Below are positions 28,610 through 37,776 of a stretch of 64,000 nucleotides of DNA, piece by piece. The stretch's first letter is position 1. The number at the start of each line of letters is the position of its first letter. A model generated the notes under the pieces. The model did no database searches, was not told the DNA's origin, and was given only the letters and a program-made list of their open reading frames with translations. Both the position numbers and the translations under genes were made by a program. This DNA is from an uncultured Candidatus Saccharibacteria bacterium (GTDB taxonomy: Bacteria > Patescibacteriota > Minisyncoccia > Phycocordibacterales > JAKAEA01), in NCBI GenBank assembly GCA_964520645.1, contig CAZFND010000003.1, positions 881 through 64,880 of the forward strand. The letters are read 5' to 3'.

Positions 28610-28707
28610 TAACCGCCTCACCCCAGCCCCTCTCCTTACCAGGAGAGGGGTTTGTGGTATTTCCTCTCCTGGTAAGGAGAGGATGTCCGAAGGACAGGAG
28701 AGGCGGT
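28610..28707. repeat. nested palindromic intergenic element, copy 2 (full length)
   Basis: aaccgcctcacc … cccctctcc/ggagagggg … cctctcc/ggagagg … ggagaggcggtt. About 85% identical to copy 1. Confidence 0.6.
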
Positions 28708-28765
28708 TCACATTTGTACGGTTTTATGATAAGTTTGAATACACAACTTATATAACGTTGTAGAT

Positions 28766-28847
28766 GCGTAGGTACTCAAGTGGTCAACGAGGTCTGACTG
28801 TAAATCAGATGGCACCGCCTTCGGGGGTTCGAATCCCTCCCTACGCA
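28766..28847 (+). tRNA. tRNA-Tyr (anticodon GUA)
   Basis: gcgtagg acceptor, anticodon arm tctga-cuGUAaa-tcaga (matches the E. coli tRNA-Tyr loop ACUGUAAAU), long variable arm, T-loop ttcgaat. Only 3 nt from the ddl start. Confidence 0.75.
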
Positions 28848-28850
28848 CAA

Positions 28851-29861
28851 ATGAAGAAAAAGCTTACGGTAGGAATTCTATTTGGAGGAAAGTCTGCAGA
28901 GCATGAAGTCTCACTTCGTTCAGCAAAAAATGTTGCTGATGCAATGGATAAAAGTAAGTATGAAGTTGTATTTATTTGTATAGATAAATCTGGTGCATGG
29001 CCAAAAGGTTCTATCACCTCATTATTTGATAATGTTTCTACTACCTCTCTTGAACAACAAATAGATGTCGTCTTTCCTATTTTGCATGGACCATTTGGAG
29101 AAGATGGAACTGTTCAGGGCCTACTCAAGCTCGCGAATGTGCCATTTGTTGGTGCTGGAGTACTTGGATCTGCAGTAGGAATGGATAAAGATGTTATGAA
29201 ACGATTGCTGCGAGATGCAGGCATTCCTATATGCAAATTTATATCAGTAAAGAAGCATGAAGTAAGTGCAATTAATTTTAAAAAAGCTAAGAAAGAGTTG
29301 GGACTACCAATGTTTGTAAAGCCAGCAAATCTGGGCTCTTCTGTGGGAGTAAGCAAAGTAAAAAACGAAAAAGAATTCAAAAAAGCGCTCGATGAAGCAT
29401 TCATGTTTGATTCAAAAGTTATCATAGAAGAATTTATAAAAGGAAGGGAAATAGAATGTTCTGTATTAGGAAATGAAACTCCAATTGTTTCTGTGCCAGG
29501 AGAAATTGTCGTGAATGCAGACTTTTATTCTTATGATGCAAAATATATTGATGAAGATGGTGCTACCCTCCAAATTCCCGCAAAGCTTCCCAAAAATGTA
29601 ACTAAAAAAGTGCAAGATATAGCACTTAAAACATTTAAAGTATTAGAGTGTGAAGGAATGGCTCGAGTAGACTTTTTTGTAACAAAAACAGGCAAAGTGC
29701 TCGTAAATGAAATCAATACCATTCCGGGGTTTACAAATATCAGTATGTATCCTAAGCTCTGGGAAGCGAGCGGTATTTCTTATTCAAAATTGATTGATGC
29801 ACTTATACTTCTTGCTATAGAACGGCACAAAACTCAATCAAAACTTAAAACTTCTTACTAA
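28851..29861 (+). CDS. ddl: D-alanine--D-alanine ligase
   Basis: MKKKLTVGILFGGKSAEHEVSL N-terminus and an ATP-grasp C-terminal part. The track ORF is N-extended across the tRNA; start reset to the ATG at 28851. Confidence 0.85.
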   Translation: MKKKLTVGILFGGKSAEHEVSLRSAKNVADAMDKSKYEVVFICIDKSGAWPKGSITSLFDNVSTTSLEQQIDVVFPILHGPFGEDGTVQGLLKLANVPFVGAGVLGSAVGMDKDVMKRLLRDAGIPICKFISVKKHEVSAINFKKAKKELGLPMFVKPANLGSSVGVSKVKNEKEFKKALDEAFMFDSKVIIEEFIKGREIECSVLGNETPIVSVPGEIVVNADFYSYDAKYIDEDGATLQIPAKLPKNVTKKVQDIALKTFKVLECEGMARVDFFVTKTGKVLVNEINTIPGFTNISMYPKLWEASGISYSKLIDALILLAIERHKTQSKLKTSY

Positions 29862-29882
29862 TTATCTGTTAAGATTATATTC

Positions 29883-31031
29883 ATGAGCTCATCTAGGAAT
29901 ACAAAGGGATTAAGAACTTGGATCGATATAGATACAAAAAAACTGGATAGTAATATCCAGGCTTTTAGGGAGATTATTAAACCTGACGTAAAGCTCATGG
30001 GCGTTGTGAAGTCTAATGCCTATGGTCATGGTCTTGTAGGAATTTCTAAAGCTATAATCGATTCAGGAGTGGATTGGCTTGGTGTAGATTCTATTGTTGA
30101 AGCATTAAAATTGAGAGAAGAGGGAGTTACTAAACCAATACTTGTATTAGGCTATACGCTTCCAGAAATGATCGAACGTGCTGTTGAACATGATATTAGT
30201 ATCGCAGTCTCACATTCGTCTACATTAGACGTTCTAGAAACATCTGAGCTTTCTCAAAAAGTAAAAGTGCATATTAAAGTAGATACGGGTATGTATCGTC
30301 AGGGATTTGGAGAATCTCAAATAAATTCTGTTATTACCTCACTCCAACAACTTGAAAAAGCAGGGAAAATAAAAGTAGAAGGATTATTTACCCATTTTGC
30401 TTCTGCAAAGAATCCAAGTTTCCCTGAATATACAAAAAATCAAATCAAATCTTTTGAAGTGTGGCGTGAAGCTTTTGTTCAAGCAGGATTTTCTGTTATT
30501 GCACATGCATCTGCAACAGCAGGTACTCTTTTATTTCCCGAAGCTCACTACGATATGGTCAGAATTGGCATAGGACTCTATGGACTCTGGCCTTCTAAAG
30601 AATCAGAAGCATTTGCATCAGGAAGAGTTAAGCTGGAGCCAGTAATGACATGGAAGACTCTCATTGCAGAGACTAAACATGTGCCTGCAGGGTCTAAAAT
30701 AGGCTACGATGGCAGTGAGACGCTCACGAGAGATTCTATTATTGCAATTTGCCCTGTGGGCTACTGGCATGGGTTCCCTCGGGCTTTTTCTTCTGTTGGC
30801 CAAGTACTTGTAAATGGCAAACGAGCCAAGATAGTAGGCCGGGTAAGCATGGATATGATCATAATTGATATTACAAACTGTGGGGAAGTAGGTATTGGGG
30901 ATGAAGTAGTGTTATTGGGCAAGCAGGGAAATGCAGAAATATCTGCCGAACAGATGGCATATCTTGCAGATGGTTCATGGTACGAGATCATTACACGAAT
31001 CAACCCCTTAATTCGAAAAAACCATCTATAG
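29883..31031 (+). CDS. alr: alanine racemase
   Basis: PLP-lysine motif VKSNAYGHG; overall Alr architecture. Confidence 0.85.
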   Translation: MSSSRNTKGLRTWIDIDTKKLDSNIQAFREIIKPDVKLMGVVKSNAYGHGLVGISKAIIDSGVDWLGVDSIVEALKLREEGVTKPILVLGYTLPEMIERAVEHDISIAVSHSSTLDVLETSELSQKVKVHIKVDTGMYRQGFGESQINSVITSLQQLEKAGKIKVEGLFTHFASAKNPSFPEYTKNQIKSFEVWREAFVQAGFSVIAHASATAGTLLFPEAHYDMVRIGIGLYGLWPSKESEAFASGRVKLEPVMTWKTLIAETKHVPAGSKIGYDGSETLTRDSIIAICPVGYWHGFPRAFSSVGQVLVNGKRAKIVGRVSMDMIIIDITNCGEVGIGDEVVLLGKQGNAEISAEQMAYLADGSWYEIITRINPLIRKNHL

Positions 31032-31089
31032 CTTGCATTTCGGAGCATTTTATATTATTCTAATGGAACCTAATTTTTAAGACACGACT

Positions 31090-31248
31090 ATGTCACAAGA
31101 TCGATTAATCAAACTTGCCTGCACTAAATGCAAACGCATCAACTACTGGTCAAGTAAAAATAAGAGAAAAGTAGAGCGAAAGATAGAACTTTTGAAGTTT
31201 TGTAAGTGGTGCAAAAAGCAGACTCCACATAAAGAATCAAAGAAATAA
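31090..31248 (+). CDS. rpmG: 50S ribosomal protein L33
   Basis: 52-aa ORF MSQDRLIKLACTKCKRINYWSSKNKRKVERKIELLKFCKWCKKQTPHKESKK. Zinc-ribbon CxxC…CxxC and KNKR…LEL+KFC pattern of L33. Below the ORF-track length cut-off. Confidence 0.7.
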   Translation: MSQDRLIKLACTKCKRINYWSSKNKRKVERKIELLKFCKWCKKQTPHKESKK

Positions 31249-31254
31249 TAAAAA

Positions 31255-31284
31255 ATCCTTTCGCCACCGCGAAGGGATTTTTTA
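31255..31284 (+). terminator. rho-independent terminator after rpmG
   Basis: atcctttcg…cgaagggat stem followed by TTTTTTATT. Confidence 0.55.
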
Positions 31285-31311
31285 TTGAACTTATGTTAGT
31301 ATTTCCAGCAC

Positions 31312-31383
31312 GGGCCTATAGTTTCAATGGTAAAACAACGGTCTCCAAAACTGTAGTTGCAGGTTCGAGTCCTGCTGGGCCCG
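31312..31383 (+). tRNA. tRNA-Trp (anticodon CCA)
   Basis: gggccta acceptor, D-arm gttt…aaac, anticodon loop cuCCAaa, T-loop ttcgagt, acceptor tgggccc. Confidence 0.75.
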
Positions 31384-31440
31384 CCTTCGGTCGCCGTAGC
31401 TCCCTACGGCGGGCAATGCCCGCGTGGAGCGAAGGTGATA

Positions 31441-32337
31441 TTATTTGGCAGTAAACCTTATCACTTCTTTCTCAATCTTCTTCAAGTTTGCTGGCTTAGT
31501 AGAGAACCATTTAATTCTTGTGTCTTTCTTAAACCACGTCATTTGGCGCTTTGCATAGTGCCAGATTTCTAGATTAAGCTTCTCTATCATCTCTTGTTTA
31601 GAAATTTTATTTTGCAAATATAAAGCTTGATACTTGTATTCTAATCCTAAAGCTTCCATGCGCTTCCAGCTCAAGCCTTTTTTGTGCAGATTTTGTGCTT
31701 CTGTAATCATCCCTGATTTAATTCTTTTTAATAATCTAGTTTTGATTTTTTCTTTTAATATGTTCTCTTCTGTCTTTAAACCAATTTGCAAAGAAGTATA
31801 GAGTGGCTCTTTTTTAATTTCTGGCACAGTGCCAAGATAAGTGGCAATTTCTATAGCTCGAATAAGACGTACTTTGTTATGCACATCAATAGTTGCAGCT
31901 CTTCTGATATCTAGCTTAGCGAGCTGGTTGAAAAGACTTTCTAAACTCTTTTTTTCTAATCTTTTTCTTAATTTAAGATTAGCAGGAACTTCGGGCAGTA
32001 TTATGTTATCTACTATAGACTGAATATAAAATCCTGTGCCGCCGCAGATAATTGGTAGTTTATTTTTATGTAAAATTTCCTGAATAGCTTTATCTGCTAA
32101 TATTTTGAAATCATGGACTGAAAATACTTTCTTAGGAGATACAACATCAAGAAGATGATGAGGAATACCAGCCATTTCTTTTTTTGTAATTTTTCCAGAG
32201 CCGATATCAAGACCTTTGTAGACTTGTCGTGAATCAGCAGAAATAACCTCACCATTAAATTGTTTGGCAAGTTGCACAGCAAGATCACTTTTGCCCGAAG
32301 CTGTCGGGCCGAGAATAACCAATATTTTTGGGTGCAT
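31441..32337 (-). CDS. miaA: tRNA dimethylallyltransferase
   Basis: P-loop ILGPTASGKS and …ISADSRQVYKGLDIGSGK…. Start reset to MHPKIL (ATG 32335-32337). Confidence 0.85.
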   Translation of the reverse strand: MHPKILVILGPTASGKSDLAVQLAKQFNGEVISADSRQVYKGLDIGSGKITKKEMAGIPHHLLDVVSPKKVFSVHDFKILADKAIQEILHKNKLPIICGGTGFYIQSIVDNIILPEVPANLKLRKRLEKKSLESLFNQLAKLDIRRAATIDVHNKVRLIRAIEIATYLGTVPEIKKEPLYTSLQIGLKTEENILKEKIKTRLLKRIKSGMITEAQNLHKKGLSWKRMEALGLEYKYQALYLQNKISKQEMIEKLNLEIWHYAKRQMTWFKKDTRIKWFSTKPANLKKIEKEVIRFTAK

Positions 32338-32429
32338 AAATAGTAAACTACTTGACTTTACTATTTGTTTTGGTATTATGCAAACACATTCGGCGATTTG
32401 CCGCGGCCCCACCCACAAGGTGGGGAATA

Positions 32430-32585
32430 TTATTTATAGAGTTCTTGAAATCTAGTTTTTACTCTCTTAAAATCCTCTTCATCTAAAATCCACCAAAGAT
32501 CTCGCTCACTAACTAAGGGTGGACCTTTTTGTATTGTATGTAATTTTTCTTTTAATCTTATCCACTCAAAAAATCTTTTAATCAT
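32430..32585 (-). CDS. small hypothetical protein (51 aa)
   Basis: Uninterrupted minus-strand ORF MIKRFFEWIRLKEKLHTIQKGPPLVSERDLWWILDEEDFKRVKTRFQELYK between miaA and tRNA-Leu. Below the track cut-off; no homology recognised. Confidence 0.2.
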   Translation of the reverse strand: MIKRFFEWIRLKEKLHTIQKGPPLVSERDLWWILDEEDFKRVKTRFQELYK

Positions 32586-32640
32586 CCAATAATCATATCT
32601 TTATAGGTATGAATAAAAGATAAAATAAAGTTAAAACGTG

Positions 32641-32722
32641 TGCCGGGAGGGAGAATCGAACTCCCATGGATTACTCCGCACGATTTTGAGTCGTGTGCGT
32701 CTACCAATTCCGCCATCCCGGC
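32641..32722 (-). tRNA. tRNA-Leu (anticodon CAA)
   Basis: gccgggatggcggaattggtagacgc…, anticodon loop cuCAAaa, long variable arm, T-loop ttcgatt. Confidence 0.75.
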
Positions 32723-32823
32723 ATTGAAGTCAGTCTACTTAAAATCGCTCTAAAAATCAATTAAACTTTAAATTTGTGAAGTAATGGGTGTGTGCTAAAA
32801 TACATCAATCAAACGATTATTTT

Positions 32824-33819
32824 ATGTCTCAATTTTACAACGATTCAATATTCTGGATAGAAGTAGAGAAGATTAAGCCGAATCCATTTCAGCCTCGAAA
32901 GGAATTTGATCCTATACAACTTCAAGCACTTTCGGATTCTATTAGGCAGTACGGTGTGCTCCAGGCGCTTGTAGTGACCCGTAAAGAGGTAGTGAAGCCT
33001 GATGGTGGCTTAGCTGTCGAATATGAGCTTATTGCAGGTGAACGACGTCTCCGCGCTTCCAAGCTTGCTGGCCTTTCACAAGTTCCATGTCTCATCAAGA
33101 CTGGAGAAGACAATGATCTCATGAAGCTTGAGCTTGCTATTATCGAAAACGTGCAGCGTGAAGATCTCAATCCTGTCGATCGAGCTCGAGCCTTTCAACG
33201 TCTTGTTGCAGAATTTGGATTTAAACATTCACAAATTGGAGAAAAGATAGGCAAGAGTCGTGAATATGTTTCTAACACGCTTCGACTTCTTTCACTTCCT
33301 TCAGATATTCTTGATGCACTTTCTCAAGGAAAAATTTCAGAAGGTCACACACGACCACTCATGATGCTTAATGATAGACCAGAAGAGCAATCAACATTGT
33401 TCAAAGAAATAATGTTTAGAAAGCTCACTGTGCGTGAAGCAGAAGTTATTGCACGCAAGATTGCTGTTGAGAAAGTTCGTAAGAAGGACTTTGGTGCTGA
33501 TCCTGAGGTTCAAGAAATAGAAGAAAAAATGGCACAGTCTCTTGGAACGCGTGTTCATATTGAACGAAAAGAAGTGGGAGGAAAAGTGATGATTGATTTC
33601 TTTTCAAAAGATGATTTGCGAATGATTCTTGATTTACTTGAAAAAAATAGATTAAACGCTGCGCAATCTCAATCACCTGTCGCGACCCAAACAGTAGAAG
33701 AAATAAAAACATTGGCAGCAGCTACACCCCTCGAAGCACCACTTGATGACAGAACAGGGGAACAAGTAAAAGAAGATGATAATGCTGATATTTATTCAGT
33801 AAGTGGATTTTCTATATAA
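32824..33819 (+). CDS. parB: ParB/Spo0J-family partition protein (no adjacent parA)
   Basis: ParB box LIAGERRLRASKLAG and HTH region. Start reset to MSQFYN (ATG at 32824). Confidence 0.8.
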   Translation: MSQFYNDSIFWIEVEKIKPNPFQPRKEFDPIQLQALSDSIRQYGVLQALVVTRKEVVKPDGGLAVEYELIAGERRLRASKLAGLSQVPCLIKTGEDNDLMKLELAIIENVQREDLNPVDRARAFQRLVAEFGFKHSQIGEKIGKSREYVSNTLRLLSLPSDILDALSQGKISEGHTRPLMMLNDRPEEQSTLFKEIMFRKLTVREAEVIARKIAVEKVRKKDFGADPEVQEIEEKMAQSLGTRVHIERKEVGGKVMIDFFSKDDLRMILDLLEKNRLNAAQSQSPVATQTVEEIKTLAAATPLEAPLDDRTGEQVKEDDNADIYSVSGFSI

Positions 33820-33947
33820 ATCCTTTATAGAATCTTTAAGATTATTTTATCACTCATGTTTTAGAATTGACCAGTGCTTGAAAAAGTACTGGTCGATTTC
33901 TATTACCGTGAAATATAAAAATAATTACTAATAACAATTAAATTAAT

Positions 33948-34748
33948 ATGCATAAAAAATATAAATATATATCAGTGAGCGTGATGATCCTGGGTATGAT
34001 TGTCGGGGGTATATGGGGAATGATGCTCACGATAGGACAGCAATCTACTGCTGCACAACCAAAAGAATTTGTAGCTGGATCAGAAACCAATGAACGTATC
34101 GAGCAGCTCAAATCTGAGCTTGAAAAGACAGCTCAATATGAAATGGTGTATGGATGTACAGAAAATGATCAATTAGGACAAAAGGTATTTTGTGGTGCAT
34201 CCAAAACTAAGATTGATAAGCTTGGACAAGAAATACAGAATGAAATACTGAAGCAAACTAAAAGAAGTGACAGAGATATAGCAGAAGTTAAAAGTAAGAT
34301 TAAAAAAATAAGAGAAGATAATAGCTTAACATTTGAATTTCAAGGTAAGTTTACAAATCCATATACAGAAAAGAATAATAAAAAAGTAGAGTACTACAAA
34401 GATAATAAAGGTATAGAATATTCAGTCGATCCAACTACAAATGAAGTAATAGAATTTACAGATGATTCTATTAGAGAAGCAAAAGTCAAAAATATAGATA
34501 TGGCTGGGCTGCGAGCAAAAGCAGAAGCATACTTACAAAAGAATGTTGCAGATTTTGATCGCGTAAAAAAGACATTTACTTTTGAAGGAGGAGGTAAAGG
34601 GGATAGCCAAGGAGATTCTATGATTGCCTTTCGATGGAATGCACCAGAGAAAGTGAATGGTGAAGAAATGGTGCCATTTGTAATGATAAAGCTTTCTCCA
34701 TCGGGGAAGATTATTGGATTTAGTGACACACGAAGTCTTTATAAATAA
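33948..34748 (+). CDS. membrane-anchored hypothetical protein
   Basis: N-terminal TM followed by a Lys/Glu-rich soluble domain; no motif recognised. Confidence 0.3.
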   Translation: MHKKYKYISVSVMILGMIVGGIWGMMLTIGQQSTAAQPKEFVAGSETNERIEQLKSELEKTAQYEMVYGCTENDQLGQKVFCGASKTKIDKLGQEIQNEILKQTKRSDRDIAEVKSKIKKIREDNSLTFEFQGKFTNPYTEKNNKKVEYYKDNKGIEYSVDPTTNEVIEFTDDSIREAKVKNIDMAGLRAKAEAYLQKNVADFDRVKKTFTFEGGGKGDSQGDSMIAFRWNAPEKVNGEEMVPFVMIKLSPSGKIIGFSDTRSLYK

Positions 34749-34749
34749 T

Positions 34750-35295
34750 ATGAATAAACTTATTATGAAATCATATATTGTAAAAATTGTTCTTGTGGCA
34801 CTTCTCATGATCAGCTTTGCCCATCATGCATCTGCTGCGATCTATTATCAAGCTAATGGAGGATCATATTGGACTCAAAATGGGTCTTCATGGAGCAGAG
34901 TAAATAATGATGGCTACTGTGTCTCAGGGCGAGGTCCGTGCGGCTCAAGTTTGTGGTATCAGCAATGGACATACAATCATGCTGGCTGTGGCTATGATGA
35001 ATCAGGGACATGGAATATGGCAAGTGTAGTACCTTATAGCGGAAAAGTATCAGCATGGATAGATGGTTATATGGGAGGGACAATGCCATCTGCGGATTAT
35101 ACCGTTTCAAACAATTACGGTTCTGCAAATCATGTAGGTATTAATCAGAATAATTATTACGAGCAATTTGTACCACTCGGAACTTTCTTTAGAGTTCAGT
35201 CGGTATCTCTTACTGATAGTTGGGGACCTGGTTATACATGTAATGGAATAGGAGGATATCGAGTAGAGTTTGATGAAATTAAGTTAGAGGTGTAA
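34750..35295 (+). CDS. secreted hypothetical protein
   Basis: Signal peptide (…HHASA); a Gly/Trp/Tyr/Asn-rich mature region with six Cys. Confidence 0.35.
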   Translation: MNKLIMKSYIVKIVLVALLMISFAHHASAAIYYQANGGSYWTQNGSSWSRVNNDGYCVSGRGPCGSSLWYQQWTYNHAGCGYDESGTWNMASVVPYSGKVSAWIDGYMGGTMPSADYTVSNNYGSANHVGINQNNYYEQFVPLGTFFRVQSVSLTDSWGPGYTCNGIGGYRVEFDEIKLEV

Positions 35296-35324
35296 TAACA
35301 TTTCTTACAATAAATTAAGAAAAA

Positions 35325-35352
35325 TAAAACCGAGCTTTATAGTTCGGTTTTA
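35325..35352 (+). terminator. rho-independent terminator
   Basis: aaaaccgag…ctcggtttt hairpin followed by a T-run. Confidence 0.55.
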
Positions 35353-35554
35353 TATATTTAGATAATAAAAAACACCCATGCAACGCGGAAGCGACGACGC
35401 AGTTGCATGGGTGGAGACTCTTGGCGGTGGGCGACTATATTTCCCTGCCAAGAGGTGGATGAAGTCGGTCGATTGAAACGGACACAACCGAGGACCTCAC
35501 ACTCTCTGATGTTCTAATAGAAGAGTATACGTATAAATTCTAAAAAGTCAAAAA

Positions 35555-37726
35555 CTAAGCTTTTACGAGTTTGTGAGGATTATGATTTGGGCAGGTTTTG
35601 TTAGAACATCGCTCTGGGATTGTTTTTGTTCCTTCCATCATCATTGATTGGCATAGGATACAAATATTACCAGTAGGTTTACTTTTGAGAATATTTTTAC
35701 ATGCAGGATAATTTGAACAGCCATAGAATACTCCAAATCGTCCACGCTTCTGAGTCATTTCTCCGACATTACATACAGCGCATTTTACTCCCGTTGAGTT
35801 TTGCTTTTCGAGTTCTGGATCTTTTTTAATATGCTTACACTTAGGATAATTTGAACAAGCAATAAAGCGGCCATATCGTCCATCTCGTTCTACGAGCATT
35901 CCGTTTTCACAATCTGGACATTTTTCTCCTGTTTCCTTTGGTCCAGCGAGCTCTTTTCCTTCTTCTGTTCGAGCACCCGTACATTCAGGAAATCGAGAAC
36001 AACTCATAAATTTTCCTGTTCGAGAAATCTTCCATACCATACTACTTCCACAAACAGGGCACTTGAATTCATCCGGTACAGGACCAATATCAGTAATTTT
36101 TTCTGATGTTTTTGATTTTGTTTTTACTTCTTTGAGGAATGGTCCATAGAAGTCTTTGAGAATTTTTACATACTCTTTTTCACCTCGAGCAATATCATCG
36201 AGTTTGTCTTCCATTTCAGCAGTAAAAGAGTCACTAATATAGTCAGCAAAGTTTTTCTCCAGGAATGTACTTACTACCATTCCTGTATCAGTAGGCTTGA
36301 GAGCTTTTTGGATTTTTTCTACATATCCACGATCAACAATAGTCTTAATAATAGACGCGTATGTAGAAGGTCTACCTATGCCACGCTTTTCGAGTTCTTT
36401 AATAAGACCTGCTTCGGAATATCGTGGAGGTGGCTCGGTTTCTTTTTCTTCTGTTTTGATTTCAATAAGTTTTAATTTTTCTCCGACATCTACTTTAGGA
36501 AGTTCAACATCATCTTGTCGAGCCCCTGGATCTGCCTTAATCCATCCATCAAAGAGAATTCGAGATCCATTAATTTCAAAATCAGGAATTTTACCATTAC
36601 CCACTTGTACCGTGAGCTTTGTTCGAAGAGTGTTCGCATCTGCCATTTGTGAGGCAACAGTTCGCTGCCAAATAAGTCGGTACAATTTTTTTTGCTCATC
36701 TGTTGTTCCACCAGAAAGCTTTAAAATATCTGTAGGACGAATAGCTTCGTGTGCTTCCTGAGCATTTTTACTCTTTTTATTGTATGTTCTGAATTCGAGA
36801 TAATTTTTACCGTAATTTTTTTCTACAACTGTTGCAATTTGACCTAGTGCTTGCTTGCTCAATGTTGTACTATCGGTACGCATGTAGGTTATTGCACCTG
36901 ATTCGTAAAGCTTCTGTGCAATACTCATAGTCTTACTTGGCGCAAAGCCAAGACGAGAACTGGCAGATTGTTGCAGTGTAGAGGTAATAAAAGGTGCTTT
37001 TGGTGCACGTTTTACTTCAGTTTCTTTAATCCCTTTTACAATCCAATCTTCTTTTTTACCAATTTCTAAGATTTTTTCTACAAGTTTGAAATCAGTAGGC
37101 TGTTCTGAACAGGTAAGGGTAAGTTTATCTTTTGTCTTGTTTTCTGTATCAGCAGTAATGACCCAAAATTTGTGAGAAATAAATGCTCGAATTTCTCGTT
37201 CGCGTTCAGCAAGAATACGTAGTGCAGGGGATTGTACGCGGCCAGCAGAAAGGCCATAACGAACCTTTTTCCAGATTAAGCCTGAGAGATCGTATCCTAC
37301 CAATCGATCGAGTACGCGACGTGCTTCTTGTGCTTGCTTGAGATTGTCATCAATATCTCGAGGATGAAGAATCGCTTCTTGTACCGCATCTTTGGTAATT
37401 TCATGAAATACAACTCGTTTAGGATTCTTAAGATGAGCTGCTTGGCTAATGTGCCATGCAATAGCTTCACCTTCTCGGTCGGGGTCGGTTGCGAGTAAAA
37501 CCTCATCAGCTTTTTTTGCAAGAGCTTGAATTTCTGCTACCACAGCTTCTTTACCTTTCGAAATTTCGTAAGTAGGAATGAAGCCACCTTCGATGTCGAT
37601 GGCTTTTTTATTACTCTTTGGTAAATCGCGAATGTGACCGACGGATGCTTTGACAGTATATTTACCATCAAGGTATTTAGAAATTGTTTTTGCTTTTGCA
37701 GGTGATTCTACAATAAGTAACTTCAT
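35555..37726 (-). CDS. topA: DNA topoisomerase I
   Basis: Toprim N-terminus MKLLIVESPAKAKTI, catalytic Tyr region, and several C-terminal C4 zinc ribbons. Confidence 0.9.
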   Translation of the reverse strand: MKLLIVESPAKAKTISKYLDGKYTVKASVGHIRDLPKSNKKAIDIEGGFIPTYEISKGKEAVVAEIQALAKKADEVLLATDPDREGEAIAWHISQAAHLKNPKRVVFHEITKDAVQEAILHPRDIDDNLKQAQEARRVLDRLVGYDLSGLIWKKVRYGLSAGRVQSPALRILAEREREIRAFISHKFWVITADTENKTKDKLTLTCSEQPTDFKLVEKILEIGKKEDWIVKGIKETEVKRAPKAPFITSTLQQSASSRLGFAPSKTMSIAQKLYESGAITYMRTDSTTLSKQALGQIATVVEKNYGKNYLEFRTYNKKSKNAQEAHEAIRPTDILKLSGGTTDEQKKLYRLIWQRTVASQMADANTLRTKLTVQVGNGKIPDFEINGSRILFDGWIKADPGARQDDVELPKVDVGEKLKLIEIKTEEKETEPPPRYSEAGLIKELEKRGIGRPSTYASIIKTIVDRGYVEKIQKALKPTDTGMVVSTFLEKNFADYISDSFTAEMEDKLDDIARGEKEYVKILKDFYGPFLKEVKTKSKTSEKITDIGPVPDEFKCPVCGSSMVWKISRTGKFMSCSRFPECTGARTEEGKELAGPKETGEKCPDCENGMLVERDGRYGRFIACSNYPKCKHIKKDPELEKQNSTGVKCAVCNVGEMTQKRGRFGVFYGCSNYPACKNILKSKPTGNICILCQSMMMEGTKTIPERCSNKTCPNHNPHKLVKA

Positions 37727-37776
37727 ATGATTTATCAATTAGTACTATATAAAATTGTTTTACGCAAGTTAACAAC

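Noticed and set aside
31357-31572. Track ORF 31357-31572 (+) overlapping the tRNA-Trp 3' end and the miaA 3' end
   Set aside because: Overlaps a tRNA and is antisense to the well-supported miaA; no coding signature.
32352-32379. Plus-strand sigma70-like promoter (TTGACT-16-TATTAT) upstream of nothing obvious
   Set aside because: It lies in the miaA upstream region, where the minus strand also has a plausible TTGCAT-17-TAAAGT. It is most likely just the AT-rich divergent promoter region, not a separate feature.
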